Part shown: positions 19,061 to 28,015 of the stretch, in pieces
Numbering within the stretch: the stretch's first letter is position 1
Layout of the letters: every line of letters begins with the position of its first letter
NCBI GenBank assembly: GCA_002778465.1
Contig: PFBV01000002.1
Location: 2,312 to 66,311, forward strand
DNA length: 64,000 nt
DNA from: Candidatus Magasanikbacteria bacterium CG10_big_fil_rev_8_21_14_0_10_36_32
GTDB taxonomy: Bacteria; Patescibacteriota; Patescibacteriia; Magasanikbacterales; GWA2-37-8
Direction: 5' to 3'
Translations under genes and position numbers: made by a program
The notes under the pieces: model-generated
The model's input: the letters and a program-made list of their open reading frames with translations, nothing else
What the model was told of the DNA's origin: nothing
The model's database searches: none

Positions 19061-20403
19061 TATTTAATATGTTATCTCGCCTTACTAATTATCTTATCCT
19101 CTTATTTTTATTTGCGTTGCCTTTTCAAACCCGTTGGATTATTGAATATGGAATTTTAAATAATCGTCCATGGGAATTTGGGACTATCAGTTTGTATGGT
19201 ACGGAATTTTTTTTATGGCTGATAGTGATTTTGACCGGCATTCGGATTTTTGGCCGACCGGATTTTTGGAAATCATTCTCAAATTGTAGAATCAATGCTG
19301 ATTATTTTAAAATGCACAAAAAAAATATATTGGCTGTTTTGATTTTTTTATTCAGCACGGCTGTTTTTATACGTTCCGGCAATCCGATATCATGGCAATT
19401 TACCACTTGGTTTTTGGGAGGAATATGTTTAATGATTTCAATAGCTGTATCTGAATTATCTTTTTCCCGTGCCGGCATGACATTGTGGTTAAGCGGGGTT
19501 GTGCAAGGAGTATTGGCAGTTCAACAATTTTTTTATCAAAAAATTATTGGTTCAAAATGGTTAGGTATGTCCGCACAAAATTCAAGTGACTCAGGAGTTA
19601 GTGTGGTGCAGTTTGGTGACGAACGCTGGCTGAGAGCCTATGGCAGTTTTGGATGGCCTAATTCTTTGGGAATTTATTTAGCAGTTATCTTTGTTTTGGG
19701 TTTAATTTTATATTTTTATTTTTCTAAAACTAAATGGCGAATATTAATCCTGGTGGGACAATTGATTATTCTAACGGGGTTATTATTGTCTTTTTCCCGC
19801 GGTGCTTGGTTGGCGGCAGTTGGCGGTTTGCTTATTTTTGGGTTGATTGCTTGGAATAATCTGCCTTTTGAATTTACGCGGCGTAAATTTTATAGTCAAT
19901 TTGTAAAACAGTTGGCAGTTTATGCGGTATTAGTAATCAGTCTGGTGACGATTTATTTTCCAGTTTTTACAAATCGGTTTAATACAGGTAATTATTTGGA
20001 ATATTTATCTATAACGGAACGGCAAGATCAATTGAATGTTGCTGGTCAGATGATATCGGACAATTTATTTTTTGGTGTTGGCCCCGGATTGTACACTAAT
20101 TATTTGGCTAGATATTTTGTTTCGCCGACATATGGAGTTTATCAGCCTGTCCATAATATTTTTTTATTAGCACTGGCTGAATTGGGTATATTTGTGTTTT
20201 TATTTATTTTGGTCTTTGTCTTTTGGTTGATTAAAAAAATCGGTCGCGCCGGACCGATTTATTTTTCCGTTTTGACAGTTTTGTTTTTAGCCGGTTTTTA
20301 TGATCATTTTCTTTGGAGTTTATACGCCGGTCAGTTGATTTGGTGGGTGGTTTTGGCTTTAGGATTAATGTTAAAAAAATCGCAATCCAATATTGAAAAA
20401 TAA
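19039..20403 (+). CDS. polytopic membrane protein, O-antigen ligase (Wzy_C)-like
   Basis: About 10 TM helices. FSRGAWLAAVGGLLIFGL lies in a large loop, as in the WaaL/O-antigen polymerase family. Confidence 0.45.
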   Translation: MEKQNKLIFNMLSRLTNYLILLFLFALPFQTRWIIEYGILNNRPWEFGTISLYGTEFFLWLIVILTGIRIFGRPDFWKSFSNCRINADYFKMHKKNILAVLIFLFSTAVFIRSGNPISWQFTTWFLGGICLMISIAVSELSFSRAGMTLWLSGVVQGVLAVQQFFYQKIIGSKWLGMSAQNSSDSGVSVVQFGDERWLRAYGSFGWPNSLGIYLAVIFVLGLILYFYFSKTKWRILILVGQLIILTGLLLSFSRGAWLAAVGGLLIFGLIAWNNLPFEFTRRKFYSQFVKQLAVYAVLVISLVTIYFPVFTNRFNTGNYLEYLSITERQDQLNVAGQMISDNLFFGVGPGLYTNYLARYFVSPTYGVYQPVHNIFLLALAELGIFVFLFILVFVFWLIKKIGRAGPIYFSVLTVLFLAGFYDHFLWSLYAGQLIWWVVLALGLMLKKSQSNIEK

Positions 20404-20449
20404 TAAAAAATTATTATTTTATTTGTTTTGTTTTTAAAATAAATAACAA

Positions 20450-20487
20450 AAATAATACCCATTCTAATGGGTATTATTGTTTTTTTA
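20450..20487 (+). terminator. rho-independent terminator (stem TACCCATT..AATGGGTA)
   Basis: AATAATACCCA-TTCTAA-TGGGTATTATT followed by GTTTTTTT. Confidence 0.6.
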
Positions 20488-20565
20488 TAAAAAAGCCAGC
20501 CATGTTGATTTTTATTTAAAATTAAGGTAAAATTTTATTATTCAGCCAACCGATATAATCTTTTT

Positions 20566-21192
20566 ATGATTACCCATATAATTGAATTTTTAGCCAATAT
20601 TGTAATCAATGTTATTGATTGGTCGGGATATGCCGGCGTTTTTTTTCTTATGTTGGTGGAGAGTTGCGGGATTCCAATGCCTTCGGAGGTAATTATGCCG
20701 TTTGCCGGCTTTTTGGTTTCCAAAGGAAAATTGTTATTTTGGGCAGTGGTGTTTCTGGGTGCGGCAGGAAATTTAATCGGATCTTGGCTGGCTTATTTTA
20801 TTGGAGTTAAAGGTGGACGGCCTTTGTTGGAAAAATATGGCAAGTATATTTTAATTTCTAGGCATGATTTGGATGTGGCTGACAGGTGGTTTGTCCGTTA
20901 TGGAGAGGCGACTGTATTTTTTGGTCGTTTGTTGCCGGTTGTTCGTACTTTTATTTCTTTTCCGGCTGGAGTGGCAAAAATGAATTTTAAAAAGTTTTCT
21001 TTTTATACTTTTGCTGGCGCTTTACCCTGGTCATTATTATTTGCTTGGTTGGGTGTAAAAATGGGAAATAATTGGGATTTAATTCGTGCAAAATTACACA
21101 GTTTTGATTTATTTATAGGTTGTCTTGTTTTGATTTTAATAATTTGGTATATTTGGCGACATTTAAAACATCGGCGTGAATATGTTAAATAG
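20566..21192 (+). CDS. DedA/SNARE-associated family membrane protein
   Basis: ...VESCGIPMPSEVIMPFAGFLV... and ...GRLLPVVRTFISFPAGVAKMNFKKF... are DedA signatures. Confidence 0.75.
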   Translation: MITHIIEFLANIVINVIDWSGYAGVFFLMLVESCGIPMPSEVIMPFAGFLVSKGKLLFWAVVFLGAAGNLIGSWLAYFIGVKGGRPLLEKYGKYILISRHDLDVADRWFVRYGEATVFFGRLLPVVRTFISFPAGVAKMNFKKFSFYTFAGALPWSLLFAWLGVKMGNNWDLIRAKLHSFDLFIGCLVLILIIWYIWRHLKHRREYVK

Positions 21193-21685
21193 TTTTTTAG
21201 AAATAGTTATTAATTTTTTTTCAGTCTTTCCGCGGGATTTGGCTGTTTTTTTACTTAGTATGTTTCCGGTTGGTGAATTGAAATTATCTTTGCCGGTAGG
21301 ACTTTTGGTTTATCATTTGCCGATTTGGCAGGTAGTAGTTTTGTCAATCGTCGGAAATATGATTCCGACTACTGTAATTTTATTTTTTGCCGACCGCTTT
21401 CATTGTTGGGTGGAAAAACGATCCGGATTTTTTTCCAAGAGATGGATTAATACTCTTGCTAAAATACAAAAAAAATTTTCCGGTCGATATGAAAAATATG
21501 GTTTGATTATTTTAGTGTTGATAACCAGTATTCCCGTACCTGGTTCGGGCGCTTATGCTGGCGCGTTAGCCGCTTTAGTTTTTGGTATTTCGGTAAAAAA
21601 ATCCTTGCCTTGTATTTTTTCCGGTATCTTATTATCAACCCTGATAATTATATTGTTAACTATTGGTGTGGATAAGGTGTTCTAA
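21176..21685 (+). CDS. small polytopic membrane protein (COG2426-like small export protein, tentative)
   Basis: 169 aa, 4-5 TM helices. Overlaps the dedA stop. Confidence 0.4.
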   Translation: MNMLNSFLEIVINFFSVFPRDLAVFLLSMFPVGELKLSLPVGLLVYHLPIWQVVVLSIVGNMIPTTVILFFADRFHCWVEKRSGFFSKRWINTLAKIQKKFSGRYEKYGLIILVLITSIPVPGSGAYAGALAALVFGISVKKSLPCIFSGILLSTLIIILLTIGVDKVF

Positions 21686-21875
21686 GCAAAAATCATAAGT
21701 TTCAATGGCCAAACCCTGAACAATTTTATTTCAAATACCAAAGTCCAAATGTTAAAACCAAAACCTTTAATATTAAAAGTTAAATTAAAAATAGTAATGG
21801 TGTGTTTTTATCCTAGATTTGAGGTTTTGAGTTGTGGATTTGACATTTAACATTTGAGTTTTAAGATTATTTATT

Positions 21876-22949
21876 ATGTCTGATCGTTTGAAAAAAATTC
21901 AAGAAAAAATAGTAGAAGTATCCAAACTTTTAAAATTGGATGATTTAAAAAATAAAATGTCTCAGTTATCCGATGAAATGAACGCTTCTGATTTTTGGCA
22001 AAATCGTGAAAATGCCCAAGCGGTATCGCAAGATTATGAAGATATAAAAAAAGAATTGGAAAAATGGAAAGCGATTGAAACGAAAGCTGCCGATTTGGCG
22101 GAATTATCAGTTGTTAATGATCAATCATTGTCCGATGAAATAGAAAAACAAACCGCGGATTTGGAAAAAGAATTTTCTGAATATGAATTATATCTTTTAT
22201 TAAATGGACCTTATGACAAAAGCAATGCTGTGGTGGCGATTCATGCCGGTTCAGGCGGAACTGAAGCGCAAGATTGGTCAGAGATGCTTTTACGAATGTT
22301 TTTAAGATTTTGCGAATCGCGTGGTTGGAAAACAAAAATTATTGATGAATCGCGCGGGCAAGAGGCCGGCTATAAGTCAATTATGTTTGAGGTGACAGGA
22401 CGTTATGCTTTTGGTTATTTAAAATCTGAACACGGTGTTCACCGTTTGGTTCGTATTTCTCCGTTTGACGCAGAAAAAATGCGTCACACGTCATTTGCAT
22501 TAATTGAAGTATTGCCGGAATTGGATGATAAAATTGACATTAAATTGGAAACAAAAGATTTAAGAATTGATACTTTTATGTCCGGCGGACATGGTGGTCA
22601 AAGTGTTAATACCACTTATTCGGCGGTGCGAATTGTGCATATTCCGACTAATATTAGTGTTTCTTGTCAAAACGAGCGTTCACAACAACAAAATAAAGAA
22701 ACAGCTTTAAAAATTTTAAAAGCCAAATTATATCGTTTGGAAGAAGAAAAAAAAGCTAAAGAAAGAAATGAAATGCGCGGTGAATATAAATCAGCTGAAT
22801 GGGGCAATCAAATTCGTTCCTATGTGTTACATCCATATCATATGGTAAAAGATCACAGGACGGAGTATGAGTCGTCTGATCCCGAAGGAGTTTTGGAAGG
22901 AAATTTATTGCCATTGTCTGAAGCGTATTTAAAGTGGATTAAACAATAA
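21876..22949 (+). CDS. prfB: peptide chain release factor 2, intact ORF with no programmed +1 frameshift
   Basis: SPF tripeptide (VRISPFDA) and GGQ (SGGHGGQSVNTT). The continuous reading frame starts at the N-terminus. Confidence 0.85.
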   Translation: MSDRLKKIQEKIVEVSKLLKLDDLKNKMSQLSDEMNASDFWQNRENAQAVSQDYEDIKKELEKWKAIETKAADLAELSVVNDQSLSDEIEKQTADLEKEFSEYELYLLLNGPYDKSNAVVAIHAGSGGTEAQDWSEMLLRMFLRFCESRGWKTKIIDESRGQEAGYKSIMFEVTGRYAFGYLKSEHGVHRLVRISPFDAEKMRHTSFALIEVLPELDDKIDIKLETKDLRIDTFMSGGHGGQSVNTTYSAVRIVHIPTNISVSCQNERSQQQNKETALKILKAKLYRLEEEKKAKERNEMRGEYKSAEWGNQIRSYVLHPYHMVKDHRTEYESSDPEGVLEGNLLPLSEAYLKWIKQ

Positions 22950-22961
22950 AATGAAATTTTT

Positions 22962-23585
22962 ATGATTATTTTAAAAATAACCGATTTGGATAAGGTGGTG
23001 GAATTATTGCGAAAAGGAAAAGAAATAATTTTTCCGACTGAAACTTCGTATGGATTGGGTTGTGATGCCACCAATCAATTTGCAGTTGATACAATATTTA
23101 AGATAAAAGAAAGACCGATTGCCAAATCGTTGTTGATTATTGTGTTAAACGCGGAAACGGCTAAAAAATATTTGGTTTGGAATGAAATGTTGGAAAAAAT
23201 CAGCCAAAAATATTGGCCCGGTCCTCTGACCGTGATAGGAAGTTATAAAAAAAATCCGTTTTGGCAATTTTGGAAAAAAAATTTAGCTCGCGGTGTGGTT
23301 GGTACTGATAACAGCGTGGCTGTTCGCGTGACCGATTATCCTTTGATGAGTGAATTATCAGCCAGATTGGGTTGTCCGATAGTAGCCACATCAGCCAATG
23401 TTTCAGGCAATGGAGATTTTTATAATAGTCAGGAAGTTATCGGTCAATTTTCCGATCAGAAATTTTCTCCGGATGCTTTGATTGACGGCGGAGCTTTGCC
23501 TTTAAGATCGCCAACCACTATTGTTAGTGTAATTGATAATAAATTAAAAGTTTTGCGGCAAGGAGAATGTATTGTTGAAATATAA
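22962..23585 (+). CDS. tsaC: L-threonylcarbamoyladenylate synthase (YrdC/TsaC type)
   Basis: ...IFPTETSYGLGCDATN...KERP...SLLIIV... YrdC fold signature. Confidence 0.8.
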   Translation: MIILKITDLDKVVELLRKGKEIIFPTETSYGLGCDATNQFAVDTIFKIKERPIAKSLLIIVLNAETAKKYLVWNEMLEKISQKYWPGPLTVIGSYKKNPFWQFWKKNLARGVVGTDNSVAVRVTDYPLMSELSARLGCPIVATSANVSGNGDFYNSQEVIGQFSDQKFSPDALIDGGALPLRSPTTIVSVIDNKLKVLRQGECIVEI

Positions 23586-23634
23586 AAATAGTTAAAGATT
23601 CTTAAGTTTAATTAAAAAATTTATTTTACTGGAT

Positions 23635-24786
23635 ATGGTAATAGTTTATCCGACAAAATTATTCGGCTGGGCGATGATTATTTTATTTGCCATCAGTTCG
23701 GCTTTATTTATTGGTTCGCAAATTGTTTATACCGGCGCTTATGTGGACACGGAAATGTCATTGATGCTTCCGGCCGTTTTGTCAGATGAACACAAGTCGG
23801 ATGTTAAAACGAAATCGTCGCTCCGTGAAATTAAGGGAATTTATTTAACCGCTTATTCGGCCGGCAGTTCTAAAAAAATTGATGAAATTATCAGACTGAT
23901 AGACAGAACAGAGTTGAATGCGGTGGTGATTGATATAAAAGATTATAGTGGTTTGATTTTTTACGATAGCCAAGTTCCTTTGGTTAAGGAATTAAAATTA
24001 AAAGAAAAGCGTTTGGGCGATATTAAAGCGTTGATTGATAAGTTGCATCGCCATAAAATTTATGTGATTGCCAGACAGTCGGTTTTTCAAGACCCATTGT
24101 TGGCTGAGAAAAAAAACGATTGGGCGATAAAAAATAAAAATGGAGGTTTGTGGCGCGATAACAAAGGTTTGGCTTGGGTGGATGCGGCGAAAAAAGAAGT
24201 TTGGGATTATAATATTTTGATTGCCAAAGAGGCGGTTGCTTTGGGGTTTGATGAGATTAATTTTGATTATGTTCGTTTTCCATCTGACGGCAAAATGAGT
24301 GAAATGGTTTATTCCGGCGGAGAAAAAAAGAAATATCAAATTATGGCTGAATTTTACGCTTATGTTAGTAGGAAATTAGTTCGCGAACCGGCTTGGATTT
24401 CTATTGATATGTTTGGTTTGGTGATGGAAAAGAGTGGAGAAGATGATATGGCGATTGGTCAGCGTATTGTTGATGCGAATAATCAAGTTGATTACATTTG
24501 TCCAATGATGTATCCGTCACATTATCCGTCTGGTCATCTTGGTTTAAAAAATCCGGCTGATCATCCCTTTGAAGTGTTGGATAACGGAATGAATAAGGGT
24601 ATGACAATGTTTCAAAACACCAGGGCGCAACCGCGGCCTTGGTTGCAAGCTTTTAATTTGGGTGCTGATTATGACGCGACAAAAATTCGCGAGCAAATTG
24701 ATGCGGTGGAAAAATATGCTTCGGCAGGTTGGCTTTTGTGGAATGCCAGCAATAGATATAGTGATGCGGGATTAAAGTTAAATTAA
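23635..24786 (+). CDS. putative glycoside-hydrolase-like TIM-barrel protein (DUF4015/GHL type), membrane-anchored
   Basis: N-terminal TM helix. IKGIYLTAYSAGS...ELNAVVIDIKDYSGLIFY...GFDEINFDYVRFPSDG pattern. Confidence 0.45.
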   Translation: MVIVYPTKLFGWAMIILFAISSALFIGSQIVYTGAYVDTEMSLMLPAVLSDEHKSDVKTKSSLREIKGIYLTAYSAGSSKKIDEIIRLIDRTELNAVVIDIKDYSGLIFYDSQVPLVKELKLKEKRLGDIKALIDKLHRHKIYVIARQSVFQDPLLAEKKNDWAIKNKNGGLWRDNKGLAWVDAAKKEVWDYNILIAKEAVALGFDEINFDYVRFPSDGKMSEMVYSGGEKKKYQIMAEFYAYVSRKLVREPAWISIDMFGLVMEKSGEDDMAIGQRIVDANNQVDYICPMMYPSHYPSGHLGLKNPADHPFEVLDNGMNKGMTMFQNTRAQPRPWLQAFNLGADYDATKIREQIDAVEKYASAGWLLWNASNRYSDAGLKLN

Positions 24787-24798
24787 AATTATCAGATT

Positions 24799-25644
24799 AT
24801 GCCAAATTTATTCAATCAAGATTATTTGGCGCATCTTTGCGGAAAATATAATCTTCAACCGTCTAAGCATTACGGTCAGAATTTTTTAATTAATTTTGAG
24901 CCGGTTGAAAAGATGATTGATATATCCGATTTATCAGCTGATGATTCGGTGGTGGAAATTGGTCCGGGTTTTGGCGGTTTAACTTTTGTTTTGGCGGCTA
25001 AAACAAAAAAAGTTTTAGCTTTTGAAATTGAGAAAAAAATATCAGCTTATTGGGAAGAACAAATTAAAAAATACCCAAATATAGAAATTGTTTGGGGAAA
25101 TATTTTAAAACAAAATATAAATTTAAAATTAGAAGCAGGAAATTATAAAGTAGTGGCTAATTTGCCATATCAAATTACTTCATCGGTTATCAGATTTTTT
25201 TTGGAAGCGGAAAATCCGCCGGAGATTATGGTTTTAATGGTTCAAAAAGAAGTGGCGGACAGAATTTGCGCCGAGGCGGGGGATATGTCTTTATTATCGG
25301 TGGCGGTTCAATATTACGCTAAGGCGGAAATTGTCGCTCAAGTTTCGCGTTTAAATTTTTGGCCGGCGCCAAAAGTTGATTCGGCAATAATAAAATTATC
25401 AGTCAATAATCATCAGTCGGTTAAAAATAGTGAAGAATTTTTTAGAATTGTAAAAATTGGATTTGCCAATCGCCGAAAAATGCTGATAAAAAATTTGGAA
25501 TCAATTGTCGGTAAAAAAAACAGATCAAACTTAGAAAAAATTTTTATAAAATTGGATTTAAATCAAAAAATTCGAGCGCAAGAATTATCAGTGGAAAAAT
25601 GGAAACAGTTAACTGATTTATTGAAGCCGATTATCACTATTTAA
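24799..25644 (+). CDS. rsmA: 16S rRNA (adenine1518/1519-N6)-dimethyltransferase
   Basis: ...YGQNFLIN...VVEIGPGFGGLT...NLPYQITS... KsgA/RsmA motifs. Confidence 0.85.
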   Translation: MPNLFNQDYLAHLCGKYNLQPSKHYGQNFLINFEPVEKMIDISDLSADDSVVEIGPGFGGLTFVLAAKTKKVLAFEIEKKISAYWEEQIKKYPNIEIVWGNILKQNINLKLEAGNYKVVANLPYQITSSVIRFFLEAENPPEIMVLMVQKEVADRICAEAGDMSLLSVAVQYYAKAEIVAQVSRLNFWPAPKVDSAIIKLSVNNHQSVKNSEEFFRIVKIGFANRRKMLIKNLESIVGKKNRSNLEKIFIKLDLNQKIRAQELSVEKWKQLTDLLKPIITI

Positions 25645-25667
25645 TGTTGTTTTGATTTATGTTATAA

Positions 25668-26354
25668 TTGATAAAGCTTTATAAAATTATGATAGAGGAA
25701 CAAAATCAAGAAAATTCGCAAAATCAGTTTTCCAAAGAACATAAAATCGGGTTGGTTTTATTATCGCTTTTTGCCGTTTTAGCGGTTGGTTTGGGTATTT
25801 TACAAATTAGAAATAATGCTTATCGTCCGTTTGCTTTAAACAATTCAATCCCGCCATTTTTAAATGAAGAAATAAATACCGAGGAAGCATTGCGTTACCG
25901 TGATACGGATTTAGATGGCTTGAATGATTTTGATGAATTATATATTTACAGCACCAGTCCCTATTTGGAGGATACTGATTCTGATGGGGTTAAAGACAAA
26001 GAGGAAATTGACAAAGGACGAAATCCTCTTTGTTATGAAGGAAAAAATTGCGGTTTTAATGATATGAGCATTAATGCCAGTTCATTTCCGGCCAAACAGG
26101 ATAATGTAGCTTTATATGGCGAAGCGGCTCCGCAATCAATGGAAGAATATTTGCAGAATCCTGACACCATTCGTGAATTGTTACTTACTTCAGGTTTGAG
26201 TCAGGAACTAGTTAATAAATTAACTGATGATGATTTAAAGACAATGGCTGGAGAAATTTTTGCATCCACTACTTTAATGACTGCGTCAAGTACGTCGGAT
26301 GAAACTGATTTGAGCGCCACCGCTGAATTTATAAATGATTTAATGAATAAATAA
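25668..26354 (+). CDS. membrane-anchored protein with thrombospondin-type-3-like Ca-binding Asp-rich repeats
   Basis: N-terminal TM helix. DTDLDGLNDFDELY...DTDSDGVKDKEEIDKGRNP. Confidence 0.4.
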   Translation: MIKLYKIMIEEQNQENSQNQFSKEHKIGLVLLSLFAVLAVGLGILQIRNNAYRPFALNNSIPPFLNEEINTEEALRYRDTDLDGLNDFDELYIYSTSPYLEDTDSDGVKDKEEIDKGRNPLCYEGKNCGFNDMSINASSFPAKQDNVALYGEAAPQSMEEYLQNPDTIRELLLTSGLSQELVNKLTDDDLKTMAGEIFASTTLMTASSTSDETDLSATAEFINDLMNK

Positions 26355-26365
26355 TAATTTTTTAT

Positions 26366-27898
26366 ATGCCACAAAAGAAAATTGTGGTTTGGTTAATTAT
26401 GATTTTTGTATGCGGCGCGTTAGTACGACTGCCGCATTTTTTAACTGTCATTCCCAACGCCGGAGTTTGGGAGTCAAAAATCGCTTGGTATGATGAGGTT
26501 TTGTCTATTCATTTTGCTTCACAAGAAATAAATAGCACAATCGCTTTATCAGGTTTAGACACCAGTCCGTGTCTTTTTTTTATGATTCTTCATTTTTGGC
26601 TTTTGATTTTTAGTAACGCCAGTGTGTTTGTTGCGGCCATTCTGCCTTTTTTGTTCAGTTTAGCCGGCATTGTCGCTATTTATTTTCTCGGTCGGAGAAT
26701 TTACGACGAAAAAATTGGTTTGTTTTCCGCCGCTTTGCTTGCTTTATCTCCTTTAAATATTCAATATGCCACAGAAATCAGAGTCTATTCATTATTGGTT
26801 TTTTTGACAATTTTATTTTTGTTGTTTTTGTGGCGAATTAAGGATTTGAGCAAAATAAAAGATTGGACAGGATTTATCATCTGTTCTTTATTATTGCTGT
26901 ATGCTCATTATACGGCAATAATTTTAATTATTTTTGGTTTTATGTTTTTAGTGTTTTTTAAAAGAAATGAAACCAAGAAAATAATTTTTTCTTTTTTTGC
27001 AATCTCTGTTGGAGTAATTCCTTTAATTTTAATTTTTCAAAGATGGACGGATTTTGTCGGCGCAAATTTTTCTTTTTTTAGCCGTTTTTTTTCACATGGC
27101 GGTTTGTTGTCATTTTTTCAATATTTATATTTTATTTCTTTCGGTTCATCCGGCGCCGATGGAGCGATGATAATTTTTTCGTTGTTGATTGCCGGTTTTT
27201 TTATTTATTTTTGGCGGCGCTCAGTGGATATTAACAGTCGAGTTTTAATTGTTTTCGTTATTGCCGGTTGGTTGGCATTGGCCGGTTTTAAGTTTATTTA
27301 TCATGAACGATATTATTTAATTTTGACTATTCCGCTGATATTATTGGCGGCTGTCGCCTTGCGAATTGTTTTTGAAAAATATCGTCTGGTGAGCGTGATA
27401 GGCGGTTTATTGTTTTTGTTTATTTTTATTTTTTCTTGTTATATTGTTCCACCCGAGCACGCTTATAAATATTTTACGCCTGAGTTTGTTAAGATAATCA
27501 ACAGCCAATATCAAACAGGGGATGTGATAATTGCCGATCATTATAGTAAATTATTATGGAATCAATATTATCCTGGACCGGCTGAAATTAAATTATTTTT
27601 TCCTTATGAAAATGAATTGTTGCCGGCTGATTCAAATTTGCGCTGGCGATTTAGCGATTACGCCAATGTTAATTCTGACAATGTCGTTTTATTTGATAAT
27701 TTAGTAAAAAATGAACAAAGATTTTGGATTGTTATGTTTAATCCTCTAAATTATTCAGTTCAAGATCCGCAAGGATTACTGCCTGAATATTTAGACAGCC
27801 ATTATTCAAGGTGGGCGACTTATTTTTTTCCGCTTTTTGTCTCGAAAAACGACTTTCAGGTTGAATTACGATTATATGTCGTAAAACCAGCTGATTAA
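26366..27898 (+). CDS. polytopic membrane protein, GT-C-fold glycosyltransferase-like (ArnT/PMT type, tentative)
   Basis: About 11 TM helices with a DE motif (AWYDEV) in the first extracytoplasmic loop. Confidence 0.4.
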   Translation: MPQKKIVVWLIMIFVCGALVRLPHFLTVIPNAGVWESKIAWYDEVLSIHFASQEINSTIALSGLDTSPCLFFMILHFWLLIFSNASVFVAAILPFLFSLAGIVAIYFLGRRIYDEKIGLFSAALLALSPLNIQYATEIRVYSLLVFLTILFLLFLWRIKDLSKIKDWTGFIICSLLLLYAHYTAIILIIFGFMFLVFFKRNETKKIIFSFFAISVGVIPLILIFQRWTDFVGANFSFFSRFFSHGGLLSFFQYLYFISFGSSGADGAMIIFSLLIAGFFIYFWRRSVDINSRVLIVFVIAGWLALAGFKFIYHERYYLILTIPLILLAAVALRIVFEKYRLVSVIGGLLFLFIFIFSCYIVPPEHAYKYFTPEFVKIINSQYQTGDVIIADHYSKLLWNQYYPGPAEIKLFFPYENELLPADSNLRWRFSDYANVNSDNVVLFDNLVKNEQRFWIVMFNPLNYSVQDPQGLLPEYLDSHYSRWATYFFPLFVSKNDFQVELRLYVVKPAD

Positions 27899-28015
27899 AT
27901 TGAAAAGTTATTCACATTTTTAGCTATTCCAAGCATTCGTATTGTGTTATACTAATATAGTAATTGAACAGTTTATGATTGAGCCAAAAAAATATTTTTT
28001 CTCAAACAAATTGGC

